NCBI GenBank assembly: GCA_001643675.2
Contig: LSRY02000042.1
Location: 620,001 to 684,000 of the forward strand
Origin: Monocercomonoides exilis PA203
Lineage: Eukaryota > Protista > Preaxostyla
DNA length: 64,000 nt
Direction of reading: 5' to 3'
In this document: positions 1-13,009 of the stretch, piece by piece
How the letters are laid out: each line of letters begins with the position of its first letter
How positions within the stretch are numbered: the stretch's first letter is position 1
The notes under the pieces: generated by a model
What the model was told of the DNA's origin: nothing
Database searches by the model: none
The model's input: only the letters and a program-made list of their open reading frames with translations
Program-made: the position numbers and the translations under genes

Positions 1-350
1 TTGAGTTCAGATATACAAAAGTAGCGAAGGGAGGTTTCAGTGAGTGGATGCTAACATCCTTTGCTTCGCATTCCCCAACAATTTCTGTTTGCCCCGAGGC
101 CAACAGCTGCGAGTACAGAGATGGAATGATGTGTTGCACTCCAAAGCTCAATGAGTGGCATGGCATACTGAACTCTCCACATTGCTTGCTATTCTCGTGA
201 TTTCTTGTAATAGAAGACACAAATATCATCTCACTCTTTCATTTCACAACCGTCAGCAGAAATCTTCTTCATCTTCTTATGAATCTGTTGTAAATTTGCA
301 TATTGCAAGTTCTTTCTCAAAGGCTTTCAGAAATCTGCGACAAATTTGAG
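1..350 (-). pseudogene. Fragment of beta-helix/CGxxxxPC-module surface-protein gene (runs off window edge)
   Basis: Minus strand reads EMIFVSSITRNHENSKQCGEFSMPCHSLSFGVQHII..., the same module as QIFVSSQ...ICGPFDEPCKSLCEGIKHL in the giant ORF. The frame is broken by stops upstream of ~230. Confidence 0.6.
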
Positions 351-1726
351 ACACAAAAAAAGGTGTAAAATTATTAAAATATAAAGAAAAACAAATTGCA
401 AACCATCAATGTTTGATAGAATTTTTGTTCAATCCCACTTGTACAAGCTGTATTTACTTCCATGAAATGTTATTATTCATTTTGAGCGACATAAAATTCC
501 TATTAATAAAAAACTTCAATGATAATCGCTGTTTTTGTTTATTCTTTAAAAGAATAAAATAAACCATTAACAATTCACTGGTCAGTAATTGAATGATAGT
601 TAAAGCAAATATAACTCTTTTTCATTGAGAATTTTATATTTTTTTATTTTGATCAACAAATCAAATATATAATTTTTTGCTTCAAACATTTTCTTTTCAT
701 GAAGAAGATTGCAATTAACAGATAAGCATTTTCGTTATAATTTTAATCTTTTCATAAAAATAATGGTAACGGAATGATTATATATTAACTGCCATGGGTC
801 ATGTTTTTGATCTGATGTCACTTTTCAAAAAAATTTAGCCATATTATTTTTCGACGAAACCTATTTTTATAATAAAGTATTGTCTGTTGAAATGAATGTT
901 ATTATCAAATGCCAAAAGGATTCAAAAAAGAGGGAAAAAAAAACAAATAAATGGAAGATGAAGAGATTGAACCAAAATGGAAAAAGAAAGTGAAGAAGAA
1001 GGGGAAGGAATCAATTCAAACAAAAAATGGATGCTTGTCAAAGGAAAGGACAGAGACAAAAAAAGAAGTTGTTCCTCATGAAAGGAGTGATTTCAAAAAG
1101 CAAACGTTGTTCAAGATGTGATGTGCTCCTAAAAAGAAGTGAATGTGTTTCATGCAATGGAGTGTATTTGACTTTGTTAGAATAAATGAATATTTTATTC
1201 AAACATGACACTGAAATCGTCGTTATCAATTGAAACTGCAAGGATTATTCCAGTGCGAACAATGATTTTTGAAACTTATCCATTTGTTGGAAGCACTTCC
1301 AACATGTGCAATCATCCTTCATTCGTCAGATAGAGTTTCTGATTATTCGATAGGAAGAGAACAAGGAAGTGGAAGGTTGTTGAAAGCTCTTGAAGAAAAA
1401 GTATCAAACGATGATAAATGTGAAGATGGTTGCTTTTTTTTTGCAAAAATGATCTGGCAAGAAAAAGCGAACATCCATTTAACACGCATTTCTTCTTTCT
1501 TCTTTCATTTCGATCCTCAAACCATCTTCATTACAATTTTGTAAATGAACAAGCTTTCCCTGTTCTGTTCCTCACATTTGATTATCATTTGATTGCTTCA
1601 TCTTCTTCAGAAAAGAGAGAGAATCACCACAGATCAGTCGAAGTCAATTGGTCTTCGTTCACTCCAAAACAATTCTTTTTCGAGCTTCTCCAATCTCTTT
1701 TCCACGAATTGTCATCAAGAAAACAG

Positions 1727-3124
1727 GGCAAATTAAAAGAATATCGGAACTTTCAAATTATGATTATTCTTGTTTCTATTGATTTCTTTTGTGTTTATAA
1801 AGTATTTAAATGAGAAAAAAGCTGTCGGAAAACGTTTCAAAAAACTTACAATAATTTTTTATTCAAGCTGATCAAATGAAAATTTTTGCTTATTCATCAG
1901 AATAATTAGAAGCACCCTCTCCGTCATCAACGCTGTTTGAATCTTCTTCTTTTTCATCATCACGCGGTCCATGCAGTATATCGTCAGCATCAGGAATTTC
2001 TTCATTTTCTGAAAAATCAATTTCTTCATCAACAATAATGGGTTTTTCTTCTGGAATAAAATGAATCATTTTTTGCAAAATATCGACAAAACTTGGTTTA
2101 AGATTCCTTTGAACAAGCCACATGGATAAACAATCAGCAATGAATGTTTTCCTTACTCCATGCTTTGGAAAAAACGCTCTTAAATGACTCCACAACCCTT
2201 CAACTGTATTAGTGCAAGCGCCGGTTTCTGGATCTTTGAAGTTCCTTTTATGACAGACCGTTATATGTTCATAACCTATATCTTTAAGACAATTGTAGCT
2301 TTTCCATTCATCACTAATAATTGTTGTGCCTGCTAAAATCCTTTCTTGAATAATAGGGATCAATGTTTCTTTTTTCCTGTCTGGCACGATGATAACAAAA
2401 TTTGTTCCAGCTCCTCCTCCTTCCTTCCTCTCAACTCCTCCGAAAATCCACAGCAAATCCTTCTTTCTTCCTCTTCCATATTTCCTTCTCCTCCAAACAG
2501 CCTCATCTATTTCGACGTATTTTCCCGGTCCTCCTAATTTCGGCATCGTTTCGTTCCAAATTTGTGTACACACAACTCTCACAACGCTTGTCCAGTAACC
2601 AATAGTTGGATATGAAACACCCGTCAGCAAATGAATTTGTTTTAATCCAATTCCAATCCAATAGTACAATAGAATCTGCAAAACAATATTTATTGGTAGT
2701 TTCATTTTGGAAAATACAGAATTTTTAAATATTGAGGTTTTTTTTCGGCAAGTTTGATACCAAAGATATTTGTAACCTTCTGTTTCCTCCCTGATTCTCC
2801 TTTTGCTTCTGCATTTAGAGCAATCCTTGGTAGAGAACTCTTGAAAACCTATGAAAAACCAATTCCACGTTTCTTCTTTGTCATGGAAGATCGTATTCAA
2901 TCGAAATACTGTTTGACTATTTTTTTCCTCTTCAGATCTTGCCATTAAACTTTTTTGATCACAAACCATAGATTAGAATTTTTTTGACTTTTCCATGTTT
3001 TTTTAAACTTCTTAAAAAGTCTTTCCGATAGCTGAAAATTTACATATTGAATCAATATATAATATAAATGACTTTCACTATTTTTTGTGCAAAATTGAGA
3101 GTTCCGATATACTTTCATTTTGCC
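1727..3124 (-). mobile_element. Complete Merlin / IS1595 (ISXO2-like) DNA transposon, 1398 bp
   Basis: Imperfect 33-bp TIRs: GGCAAATTAAAAGAATATCGGAACTTTCAAATT from 1727 versus GGCAAAATGAAAGTATATCGGAACTCTCAATTT (revcomp, ending 3124), 28/33 identical. Perfect 8-bp TSD GAAAACAG at 1719-1726 and 3125-3132. Encloses a transposase ORF. Confidence 0.95.
1890..2969 (-). CDS. ISXO2-like (DDE_Tnp_IS1595/Merlin) transposase
   Basis: Motifs LGGPGKYVEIDEA, WIFGGVER, TTIISDEWKSY, HITVCHKRNFKDPETGACTNTVEGLWS give the D-D-E triad. Also a partial N-terminal Zn ribbon (CSKC...YQTC), an HTH-like segment and an acidic tail. Confidence 0.93.
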   Translation of the reverse strand: MVCDQKSLMARSEEEKNSQTVFRLNTIFHDKEETWNWFFIGFQEFSTKDCSKCRSKRRIREETEGYKYLWYQTCRKKTSIFKNSVFSKMKLPINIVLQILLYYWIGIGLKQIHLLTGVSYPTIGYWTSVVRVVCTQIWNETMPKLGGPGKYVEIDEAVWRRRKYGRGRKKDLLWIFGGVERKEGGGAGTNFVIIVPDRKKETLIPIIQERILAGTTIISDEWKSYNCLKDIGYEHITVCHKRNFKDPETGACTNTVEGLWSHLRAFFPKHGVRKTFIADCLSMWLVQRNLKPSFVDILQKMIHFIPEEKPIIVDEEIDFSENEEIPDADDILHGPRDDEKEEDSNSVDDGEGASNYSDE

Positions 3125-4866
3125 GAAAACAGCAACTCAAAATAACTTCAGAAAAGGAAATACGAATGAATTTGTTGATTATTCAATAAAGCATTATCAA
3201 CGTTTGTTCCAATGAAAGAAAGTTCACTTGCATCTTTTCTTCTAAAAACATCTATCAAACATATTGTTTTTTCTTATTTTTTGATCGCTCCAAGTTCCTC
3301 TGACCATCTGGAAGTTTTTGAGAGAATTGCCTCATTCTTTTCAAGTGAAATGATGATAATCATGTGGTGAAAAAAGAAATGAACACATTTTCAAGTTTTT
3401 TAACATTGGACAGCGATAGGCATTTGAAAAGTGGGAGAAACTGTTTGCAACAAAAGATGTCTGATTTCTGAGGAACACAGCAACACATATGCCTTTGTGG
3501 GTGAGTGACGTTGAAAAACAGAAAACATTTGGAAAATTCCACTAATAAATGAAAAAAATCTCTAAGAAGAACATTGAAGTTGAACTTAAATGAAACTTGT
3601 TAACTGAAAATGATTGGCAACAAAGAGTTGTGAAGGAAGGGATAGTAATACCAATATGATAGCGATTAGAATGACAATGTGACCGCAGCATGATCTTCAT
3701 CCATTGAGATGTCCAAACGAATTATTCGTGTGTTAGTTTGGAAACGAAGTGATATAGTCACTTTTTTGAATGATTAATGCAAAGAAAACAATAATCTTCT
3801 TTTTGTCTGATCATCAACTTGCTTCTAAAGAAGTTGGAAAATAGAATTGTTCTCTCCTTTCTCATTCAAACTGAAAAATGTCTGAGATAAAAATAGAGTA
3901 ATAACATATCTCTGTTCATAAAGATCAACGCAGCTCATCAGCAACTGGTCTAATGTTGAACTGGTAGATTATCTCTCGGTTTTTGATCAATAAAGAAAAA
4001 AGGCATTTCCTTTTTTGTCATTTATACGTAAACTTCAAAGCTGTCATTTTTATTGCACAAAGAAGAAGATTGTCCAATCCTTGTGAGAAAATAATTCTCT
4101 AACACAAAGAATTGAGTGATTTCCTTTTCTCTTCTCATTTGTAACAATTATCATGCTTTTCATTTCGTTAACCATTTTCTCAGCAAAAAAGCATCTCAAT
4201 CAGTGTCACTTCCCTGAATGCCTTGTTACAAATCAATTAGGATTATTCTTCATTTTTGAGTTTTTCATCTCTTGAAAACTCAAACATATGATTTCAAGTT
4301 GAATTCTTTACAAATGATTGCCCCATCGTTATGAAAAGAAATCAAATGTTATTTTCAAAACTTTTCCTTCGGTTATAAAGAAATAAGTTTTGATTTTCTT
4401 CTTTTGATGTTCGATTCATCAAACAATGAAGTTGTTATCTGATATTTTTTCCAAATTCAACTGCTTAAAAAATCTCCAAAAATGGTCGATGCACTATTTG
4501 AGAAAAAGAAGAAATGAAAACACACAAACCAAACAAATTTCTCATTTGAAAAATAATGCAATCAGATCATTTTTGTGAAGCCTTCAAAAGCACAAATCCG
4601 TATTTTCTTCCAAGAAAAATAGGAGGAATGGTATCAATGATGTTGTTTCTGGATTTCAACGAGTTTTTATTTTCATCAATTTTCTCATCATTTTGTATCT
4701 TTGTTTTTGCGTGAATGACAAAATATGAACATTTATTGGATTTAATGATCTGCACAAGGACAGGAAAATGCTGACATTGAACCGTTTTATGGTGTGTGCG
4801 TTTGAATTCACTTAAAGGAGTGGAGATTCCAATTGATTTTATTGTTTTTTTCCAAAAAAAAAAGAT

Positions 4867-6176
4867 ATGTTTCCTGAATTTGATTTTGCAGAAGAAGAGG
4901 AAAGACTGATGAAAGAAGAAATGAACGGAATGCTGGAAAAAATGGACAAAGAAGAGCTGAAGCCATTTTTCTCGAAAGAAGAATTCGATGAAAATTACGA
5001 ATTGATTTTGAAAAACAAATATCCATTTGAAAAAGCGCTTGATTTGCTGAAACATGTTGGGTACGAAAATGCAATAAAAACAACAGGGCACTCAATCTTT
5101 ACAGACACTTCCTTGAAGAAAAGATTTGAGAGGAAGATTATTTTTGAAAATGAGAAAACAGAAGGAAAGGATGAAAAGCTTCTGATAGATCTTTGCGAAT
5201 GCTATATTTTGCTTGATAGATGGTTTTCTTATGAATTATTACCAATTTGTATGTCCTGTCTATTGAAAGTTGCTTTGAACAGAAAGGAAGACAAGGAATC
5301 ACTAAAAGAAGTGGAAATGGATCTTCTTGCCTTGAGCAATGCTAGATATCAGGTTTGAGAGCATTTTTCCCATTTTGATATTTTTGCTTTTTTTTCTTTT
5401 TTTAAAAGGAAATTGAGCAAGAATTGTATCTGAATGAGATCAAAGCGATCATCAAATATCATCAGGAGCATTGCAATCTCACTCAGCTTGCCTATCAGTC
5501 TGCTTGGCAGATTTTAATAGACCAATTATTCTTCGATCATAGTCTTGACCATGTTATTGTGAATGAGCTGCATTGCGCTAGAGAAGCAAAAAGAGAACTG
5601 GAAGAGCTGGCAGGGTGTGTGGATTGGAAGAGAAAAGAGGAAGAGGAAATAGGAGAAAAAGAAAGCAGAGAAGCGAAAATCCTCAAACGATGGCTTCAGA
5701 CTTCGGCGTTTTTCTTGGAACACTGTCGGCTGTGGAATGAAGATATTGTTGAGCTTTTCAACAGCATTGTTCAGATATTTCAGGTGGCAAAGGATAATCA
5801 CAGAGACATTAGCAGAAAATGCATTGATTGCTTTCGATATGCTAACTACAACAGAACTGTTGGAATAGACCTCTTGCTGGAAAGCGGAGTGGTTGATATC
5901 ATGCTCGAGGAAACTGTCAAGAATAAGGCCGAAGACATGCAAATAAAATATTATTTGAATTTTTTCGAAGTTGTCTGCAAAAGATTGAAAGAAATGGAGG
6001 AAGAAGGAATGGACGAAGCAAAGCGAAAAGAGGGAAAAAGAAAAATTCATGAAAAGGAAGAGGAAGAAGGATTTGAAGATTTCATCATCAGTTTTCAAGA
6101 GATTCTGCCACACTATACTCTTTATCATCGACATTCTGATCGGATTGATTTCTCTGATTATGTCATTCGTCTCTAG
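4867..6176 (+). CDS. Lineage-specific helical hypothetical protein (expanded family), 2 exons 4867-5352 + 5409-6176, ~417 aa
   Basis: Phase-0 intron 5353-5408 (GTTTGA...AAAAG) joins two ORFs. Motifs KLLIDLCECY, CLLKVAL, IIKYHQEHCNLTQLAYQSAWQ and KEEEEGFED are shared with 61798-63138. The true 5' end may be further upstream. Confidence 0.8.
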
Positions 6177-6239
6177 AGACAATCTTTCTATCAGTTTGAT
6201 GTGTTTGATAATGATCTGAAAAGCATGGAGAAGCAGAAG

Positions 6240-6280
6240 AAGATATAAAAGAAGATATAAAAGAAGATATAAAAGAAGAA
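6240..6280. repeat. 12-bp tandem repeat (GAAGATATAAAA)x3
   Basis: Directly visible. Confidence 0.8.
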
Positions 6281-7466
6281 GATGATGATGATAGCACAAG
6301 CAGATATGTCAGTGATGCAACAAGAAGTTAGTTCAACAACAAACGACAAACAAAGAAGCCGAAGGAAAAGCTGGAGAAGAGATGATATATCACAAGAACC
6401 ATCAATTTCATGAACTGATGGAAGCATCTTCCTCCTCAATAATCCATCCAAGCATGCAGATTAATCAGACTTTGGATGAACTTCAATGGATTTTTGTTGA
6501 ATCTTCACTTCAAACAAAAGAGGAAGTTCAAATAATTTTCTTTCTTCGAAGGATGTTCTTCTTCTTCTTCTTCTCCATTTCATCCACAACAAATATGTAT
6601 TGTTTCCTCTTCTCCCTCCTCCTTCTTCACTTTCTTCATCATCGTCAACATCTTCTTCTTCTTTCTCTTCTTCCTTTTCTGTCTATTAATTGCAATCAAA
6701 GAGTTTCAGCAGTCATTTCTGTTGCAGCTCTTTTATAATCAAGTTGATGTCATCATCATTCATACCAATTCTGAAAGTGTTTTTGAACTTCATTCTCCCT
6801 TCAGCTTTTACAATTCAACTTCTCAGAAACGGGGAAAAAACACTCTTTCGAGGTTGGTTTCATTGTTTTTGTATGTAATAAATTGTCTTTATTTATTCTG
6901 TGATGTGATATATATGCTTTTGGAGAGCATGTTCTTTCTTATTTTTTGTAAAAATTTTCCAATTTGTATTTATGAGTTATTTTTATTTTATTTATTTATT
7001 TATTTTTTGATAGTTTTATTTTGTCATTTCGGAAAATGGCACATGATGTTATTTAGAAGTGTTAGCAATATAAAAGCGATATGATGAACGAAATGTAACA
7101 AATTTAAGTTCTCTTAAACATTTTTATTGTTTTTATGTATTGAAATCTTGAAAGAAAAGAACTGCCATAAATTAAATGATGATCGTCAAAATGAATAACT
7201 CTAAAATTCTTGAGATTTTTCTTTTTTGAAATAATTAAAATTCTCGTTCCAACAAAGAACACAAGATTATTCAAATTGATTGAATGTTCATTTATCAAGA
7301 TTGCTGTTTTGAAAATTAAAAGATAAAGTTCATTTTTATCAAACAATCGTTTTTTGATTTGAAGAAATATGAGGCAATATACTTTCCCTAAAGAAAAAAC
7401 AAAGACTTATTCTTAACCTTTTATTTCATTTATTCATTATTAATCAATCATTCTATTGAAAACATA

Positions 7467-9476
7467 TAGTGTGATATATCAACACGAATATTTTTTTATG
7501 ACAAATTTTATTAACCCATTTTTCATATTTCATTATTGTTTTTTGTATATAAGGAAAAGTCAGCAGTTAGAAAAATTAATTAAATAACTATACCAAATCT
7601 CTGATGGGGGAAGATGTATGTGATAGCTCCTCCATCTTTGATAAGTGCCCACCCCGAGGAGATTAGGTTATTGCAACGGGGCTTTCCAAGTTTGAATGAG
7701 ATCGAAAAATCTTTTTTCTTGACAAAAAAATATTTTCTAAAAGAATTAAAAAAAGATCATTACTGGACTTTTTTTTTAAATGAGTGTTGTCGAAAATAAA
7801 AAAACAACAAGGATTAAAGAAAATCAGATGTTTGATGAGATCCTTTCAATATCGCCATATTGAAAGTTGATTAGAACGTGTTGCAATAATTATTGCAAAT
7901 GGAGAAGCTCGGGTTGCTGATGTTCCCAACATGAAGGAATTTACTCGCACGGCAATTGATAGTGCAGTGACAGCTTTGGAAAAAGGAAGGAAGGCAGGGA
8001 AAAATGGAAGACCAAAATTATTCAATCAGGAAGAAAAGAAAACTATATGTGGAGTGCTGAAAATCGAATGTGAAAAAGGGACAAGTTACAATGCCGCGCA
8101 AATGAGGAAATGAGTTTGTCACAATTATTTATTTGTAGTATTTATCAATTTTTTAAATATTCAGATGAACACTGTTATCAATGATAGGAAAAAAGACGAC
8201 TGCGACGAAGAAGATGAAGCAGTCAACATTTCAAAAGCCCATCCATATCAATTCACCAAAAGGAATACTGAACGAAAAGCTTCTCACCATCGAAATGTTG
8301 ACATCCAAAGGCTCTTTGCATCGAATCAGCAAACTCTCAATCCATTTTCACTCTTCGACAAAACCTTCATGATGATCATCATTATACTAACTCTCTCATC
8401 TTCAATATTGATGAATCTTTTCTTCTCCTTTCTGATTCTTTCACTTCTCTTGTTTTCCATTTTTCAGACATTCCTGCTTCTTTCTCCAAAACACCGATGA
8501 ATATGCTGAATGCAACTCCCATCGTTGCAGCTTTTGTTTATGGCTCCTCCCAAAAAAGTGTCGTTCTATGGCCTTGAAGGAAACTACCTAATGAACGACG
8601 CCTTGTTCTGAACTCACAACTTGATGTGCGGGGAGAAAATGAAGGCCGGATGACTGAAGTACAATTCATCAAATACGCAAAAGAAGCTTTGCACCCAGGG
8701 ATCATACAAGAGAAGAGAATCTTTGAAGAAAAGTGAAGAACTGTGCCTTCTACTTCTTGATTCCCATTCTTCGAGGGTACTGCCAGACTTATGAAAGAAG
8801 TTTGCTGATTCTTCAATAGACGTTGTCTCCTTCGTTCCCCACACCACTTTCATCGCACGGACATTGGATCGTGGCGTCTTTGCCATATTTATAAAAACTA
8901 TTAATGCTAATTATGAAGTACATTCATGTTCTTAAATTATTTTGTGACGAGAAGCACAAAATAATGTGGTCTGACAAGCTTTGCAAACCGTTTTGATGAC
9001 TTCAACAATCAAATCATCATTTGTAAAGAGCGTTATGCTGTGTAATCAGTTGCATGAAGTGTTAGCGATGCTTCCAAAAAACCTTCCTTTTCTCTGAAGA
9101 AAAGAACAAAAAGGTTTGATTATTTTGGAAAATTAATCACTGACGAAGAATTTTTAATAGAATAGAAAAAAGAAAAGGATGAAAGAAAAGAGTCAAAAAT
9201 TGATTAAAAAGAGCATAAAGAAACTGAAAAGGCTTTGTTTGAAGATGAAAAACCGAAAAAAAGAAAATTCGATTCATAGAAAATTTATAATGATGATTTT
9301 TCTGACGATGGAAAAAAAGAAAGAAATACTCGAAAAATTGTGAAACGAGAGCTTGTTGATTATATTTATTATTAATATTTTTTTAAAATCGAAATCAAAA
9401 AGCAATAGACATAATTAAACATGTTTATTTTTTGTTCGGGTTTTCCAAAAAATATTCGGTTCTATATATCACCCTG
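7467..9476 (+). mobile_element. Decayed pogo/Tc5-like (DDE_1) DNA transposon, ~2.0 kb
   Basis: Degenerate TIRs TAGTGTGATATATCAACACGAATATTTTTT (7467) and CAGGGTGATATATAGAACCGAATATTTTTT (revcomp, ending 9476), 24/30. TA at the left flank, CA at the right. Contains a transposase pseudogene. Confidence 0.75.
7836..9375 (+). pseudogene. pogo-like DDE_1 transposase pseudogene with intron 8114-8164
   Basis: Across frames: GKNGRPKLFNQEEKK (HTH linker), IFNIDES, LLDSHSSR, VSFVPHTT...LDRGVF (DDD triad). Several stops and frameshifts. Confidence 0.85.
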
Positions 9477-9554
9477 CATTATGTTGAAATATGTTGAAAA
9501 CAAAAGAAAACAACACTTGGAGCAAAATTCAAAAATTAAAAAAATATTGTTCTT

Positions 9555-9855
9555 TATTGTCGATAAGCCTCTGCAACAGACCGACATTTTTTAAGCCTCT
9601 CGACAAGTCGACCGACAAAACTGTTATCTTATTTTTGATCAGTTTTTTTAAAATGAAAAAGAGAACGAAATTAAATAAAAATATTTTTCATTATTATTTA
9701 TACATCAATATTTTTACATAATGAATATTTTTTTTCGAAAAAAATTTTTTCCAGGAAAAAGATGAAGAATAACATTTATATGGGTTATCGACAGATCTTT
9801 GTCGAGATCAGTCGAAGACAAAGATCAGTCGTTTGACAAAGATCAGTCGAGCTAT
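9555..9855. repeat. Cluster of short direct repeats and palindromes (TAAGCCTCT x2; AGATCAGTCG x3; TCGACA-N6-TGTCGA)
   Basis: GACAAAGATCAGTCG at 9817 and 9835, AGATCAGTCG at 9805, inverted repeat 9788-9805. Confidence 0.7.
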
Positions 9856-10419
9856 TAAAAAAGTCAAAATGATGATTTTTTCTTCATTAATTGTCAGTCT
9901 TTCCAATTTCATGTGGAAAGAGAACTTGGATGTTTTGTTGAAACTTATTGTTTTTTTGAAGTTTGTGTTTATTTCTTTTTGTAATTTCAGAAAACAGAAA
10001 TATTCTAGTTTTTATTCTTTTGCTTTCCAAAACAAAACTTCATATATCGACTAACAATAAGAATGAGTTGTTGGAATAAATATTTATAATTTCATTTGTC
10101 TTGATCCGTTTTTATTTTCTTAAACAAATTAAAAAACTTTTGGAGAATCGAATCATTTGATGGACAAGAAAATATGTCGTGGATGATTCCATGATTTAAT
10201 GAGAGCTTTCTTAATTGTTCGTAAAAAAAATATCATAAAGTTTAAATTGATAAATAAATATGAGAAATAATTCTTTAACAAAAACCTTTCTTATTTGTGA
10301 AAGGTGAGAAAAAGAACTGAATTCGATAATAATACTTTATTTTGGAAAACGAAAATTAGTTGATGATAGAATTGGATATTCCAAAATATGTGATGGCAAT
10401 TGTTGGGAGAACATTTGAG

Positions 10420-12400
10420 AGCAGGAAAGATTAACAGGAAACGATGACAGTGATGCAGAAGCTGATGGAGCTGTGTGCAGAGCGGGAGCGCATTGTGAAG
10501 AAGTTAATTGTGGAAGTGATGATACAGCCGGACGTGACGATGAGCATCACGTTATCAGGGATTGGCTGTTTGGGAGGAGATAGAAGAGAATAGAAGGGGG
10601 CGTGGGTGGGAGCGGGAGTTTAGCATCGGATGGAGCATTGCAGAATTTGAACTCGGACAGGAAGAGAGAGAGGATGGACGAGTTTGTTGCAATAGGGGCG
10701 GTTGTTCCGCAGTAAAGTGTGCCGTCAATAGCTCTGCGGGATGGGACGAATGCGATTTTGCAAACGTGTAACTGAAACGGATTTTCAAAACGTGCTACAA
10801 CTTGTATTATGTGTTTGAGGAAAAGTGGGATTCGCTGGGGATGTGTGTGGTTGATCTTTCGGTGGGTCCGCTGGCAGCGTCTTCGGCGTTCCGGTGGATG
10901 TCGTATCTCCTACAGGTGGGCATCGAGATAGCATCTGGAACCTTCCTCTTTAAGTGTAACATCGGCACTGCTGCTTTGCATCATGGCGAACACCCTCTTC
11001 AGACTTTAATGATTTTGCTGCTGTTGGCTTCAGATCTCTTCGAATTCAGGTCTCAACTCAGCACATTTGCTCAAACAGATGTGTTGAAAACCTGCTTCAA
11101 TAAATGCTCTCATCTAAAACATATGTTTGGCCTGAAAAAACTCAGCTCTCCGGCTTCGGCTATCTCAAATAACTTTTATGCTCGATTATTTGCAAATAAA
11201 GAGTTATACAAAAGTGTAAAGTCACTCAGAGACAATACACCTACCGATAACGAAAAAAGAGATATAGCAAAGACTTCAAAATTTATTTGAGCCGTTGAAC
11301 TCAAATCACTTTGGCCAATAATTGAAAAAGGAAAAACACCACATTTCACGATTTTTGCATCAGTGACTGTTCTTATGATAATCTCAACATCTTTTTCAAA
11401 TTTAAGAATAAGTTGAGTGCTGTAATGACTCATGGTGTTGAATGGATAGATTTTATTGATTCCACACGCACGTGTGTCTTTGGCATTTTGTTGTGTTTGC
11501 ACTGAGGAAACAAATCTGACTTTTCCACTATATTCTGAGCCATTCACTCTTATCAACTATTGAAACCGGAACTGCACCAACTCCATTTAAAATATTCCTT
11601 GTTAAATAGAAACTCGAATCGACGTTGAATGTTGATGAGCTGCAAAGAAGTTCATCATGTCCTTCTTTCATTCATGTGCTATCATTGAAAAATAAGAAAA
11701 ATAACTAATTTCCGTTGTTCTTAGCAGTTAATTGTTGACCAACTGCTCCTCCTGAAAGAATTGAATAGAATGTGCAAAATTGGAAGTTTGAAATGACAAC
11801 TTGATCAGTGCAACTCCAATATTCAATTGCTCCTCTCGCACATCTCCTGTTCCATTTGATTGACTGTGATCAAAAATGAACAAAATACATACTCTTTTTG
11901 TTTTTCTGTTTTCGTTAAATAGAGTTCAATTGAATCTCCATCGTTGTCCGATGAGTAGTTTTGAAAGATGCAATCATCAACCATCGATTCAGCACACATA
12001 TTCTCAACCATCATTCCTCCACCTCCATTATCCGTACGAACGTTTGCTGAACTGCGAATAATTGAAGAATGAAGCACAACGCATTTAACGATATTCAAAG
12101 CATCTATTCCTCTCACCCTTGTCGAAGAAGAATGACATCTTGAAAAAGAACAATACTCAAATTTCTGAATGGCTTTATCATTGTCGCGTACATAAAGAGC
12201 ACATCCTTGGGGTTTATATTTTCAAACAAATCGCTGAATTCAAACAATAAGCTAAATTTGGTGATCATTTGCTCCATTTATAACGTTATTCAATTCTCTA
12301 AACCTGATGAAAAGACAAAAACACGAATTGTGCAACCTTGTCCAAAATGCATTCAGTTTGAAATATGATGAACACAAAGAACAAATAAACTTGTTAATCA
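10420..12400 (-). pseudogene. Decayed beta-helix surface-protein gene
   Basis: ORF fragments 11823-12116 (NGGGGMMVEN...CIFQNYSSDNDGDSIEL) and 11176-11556 (RFVSS...DTRACGINKIYPF..., LFSLSVGVLSL) match modules of the giant ORF's ectodomain. Many stops; boundaries approximate. Confidence 0.65.
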
Positions 12401-13009
12401 ATATTCAAATCATAGAGGTGAATTGAACTTTAAGTGTCTTTCCCTTGATAAAGCATGATTATCAAAACAAATCAAAACACGTAGAGGAAATGAATTTTAA
12501 AATTGATCAACAGGAATAATATTTTTTGTTTTTCAATTAATTCTCATTTAATACAAAATTTTTAAAATAATCTAGCTATTTAAATTTGTTGAGCTTGATA
12601 TTAAACATGATAACGGAATAAATTAAAATCAAACACAGAAAACCATTTTTATCGAAAAATAGAAAATTTAAATGCGAAATAATTATTCGACAGATGACTG
12701 CCAGCTCGACTAACAAATCACATACAAAAATTTTGTGTCGCAGAGGCTTAATTGTCGATAATTTTTTTTTCCTTTTTTTAATATCAAATTTCAAGAAAAA
12801 AAGTTGAAAATGTGAATAAATGAGAAACTGCATGTGATTGTGAAAAATTCTATAATAATTGCACATTTTTTATCAATTGTTATGTCAAAAAGCACAAAAG
12901 TCTTTTCTTTGTGCAAAACTTAAAATTCGTTATTTCATGAAAATCACAAAAAATTTAAACTTTTCATATATAATAAATGGGTATGATCAATAAATATTGA
13001 AGTTTTTTT

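Larger units (their letters stand above)
1200..3320 (-). pseudogene. Decayed surface-protein-like coding sequence interrupted by the Merlin element
   Basis: Removing 1727-3124 plus one TSD restores a reading ...FSEVILSC|CFLDDNSWKRDWRSSKKNCFGVNEDQLTSTDLW*. The flanks are full of stops and frameshifts; boundaries are approximate. Confidence 0.35.

Noticed and set aside
9788-9855. CRISPR-like repeats
   Set aside because: Repeats are 10-15 nt with 2-3 nt spacers, in a eukaryotic context with no cas genes.
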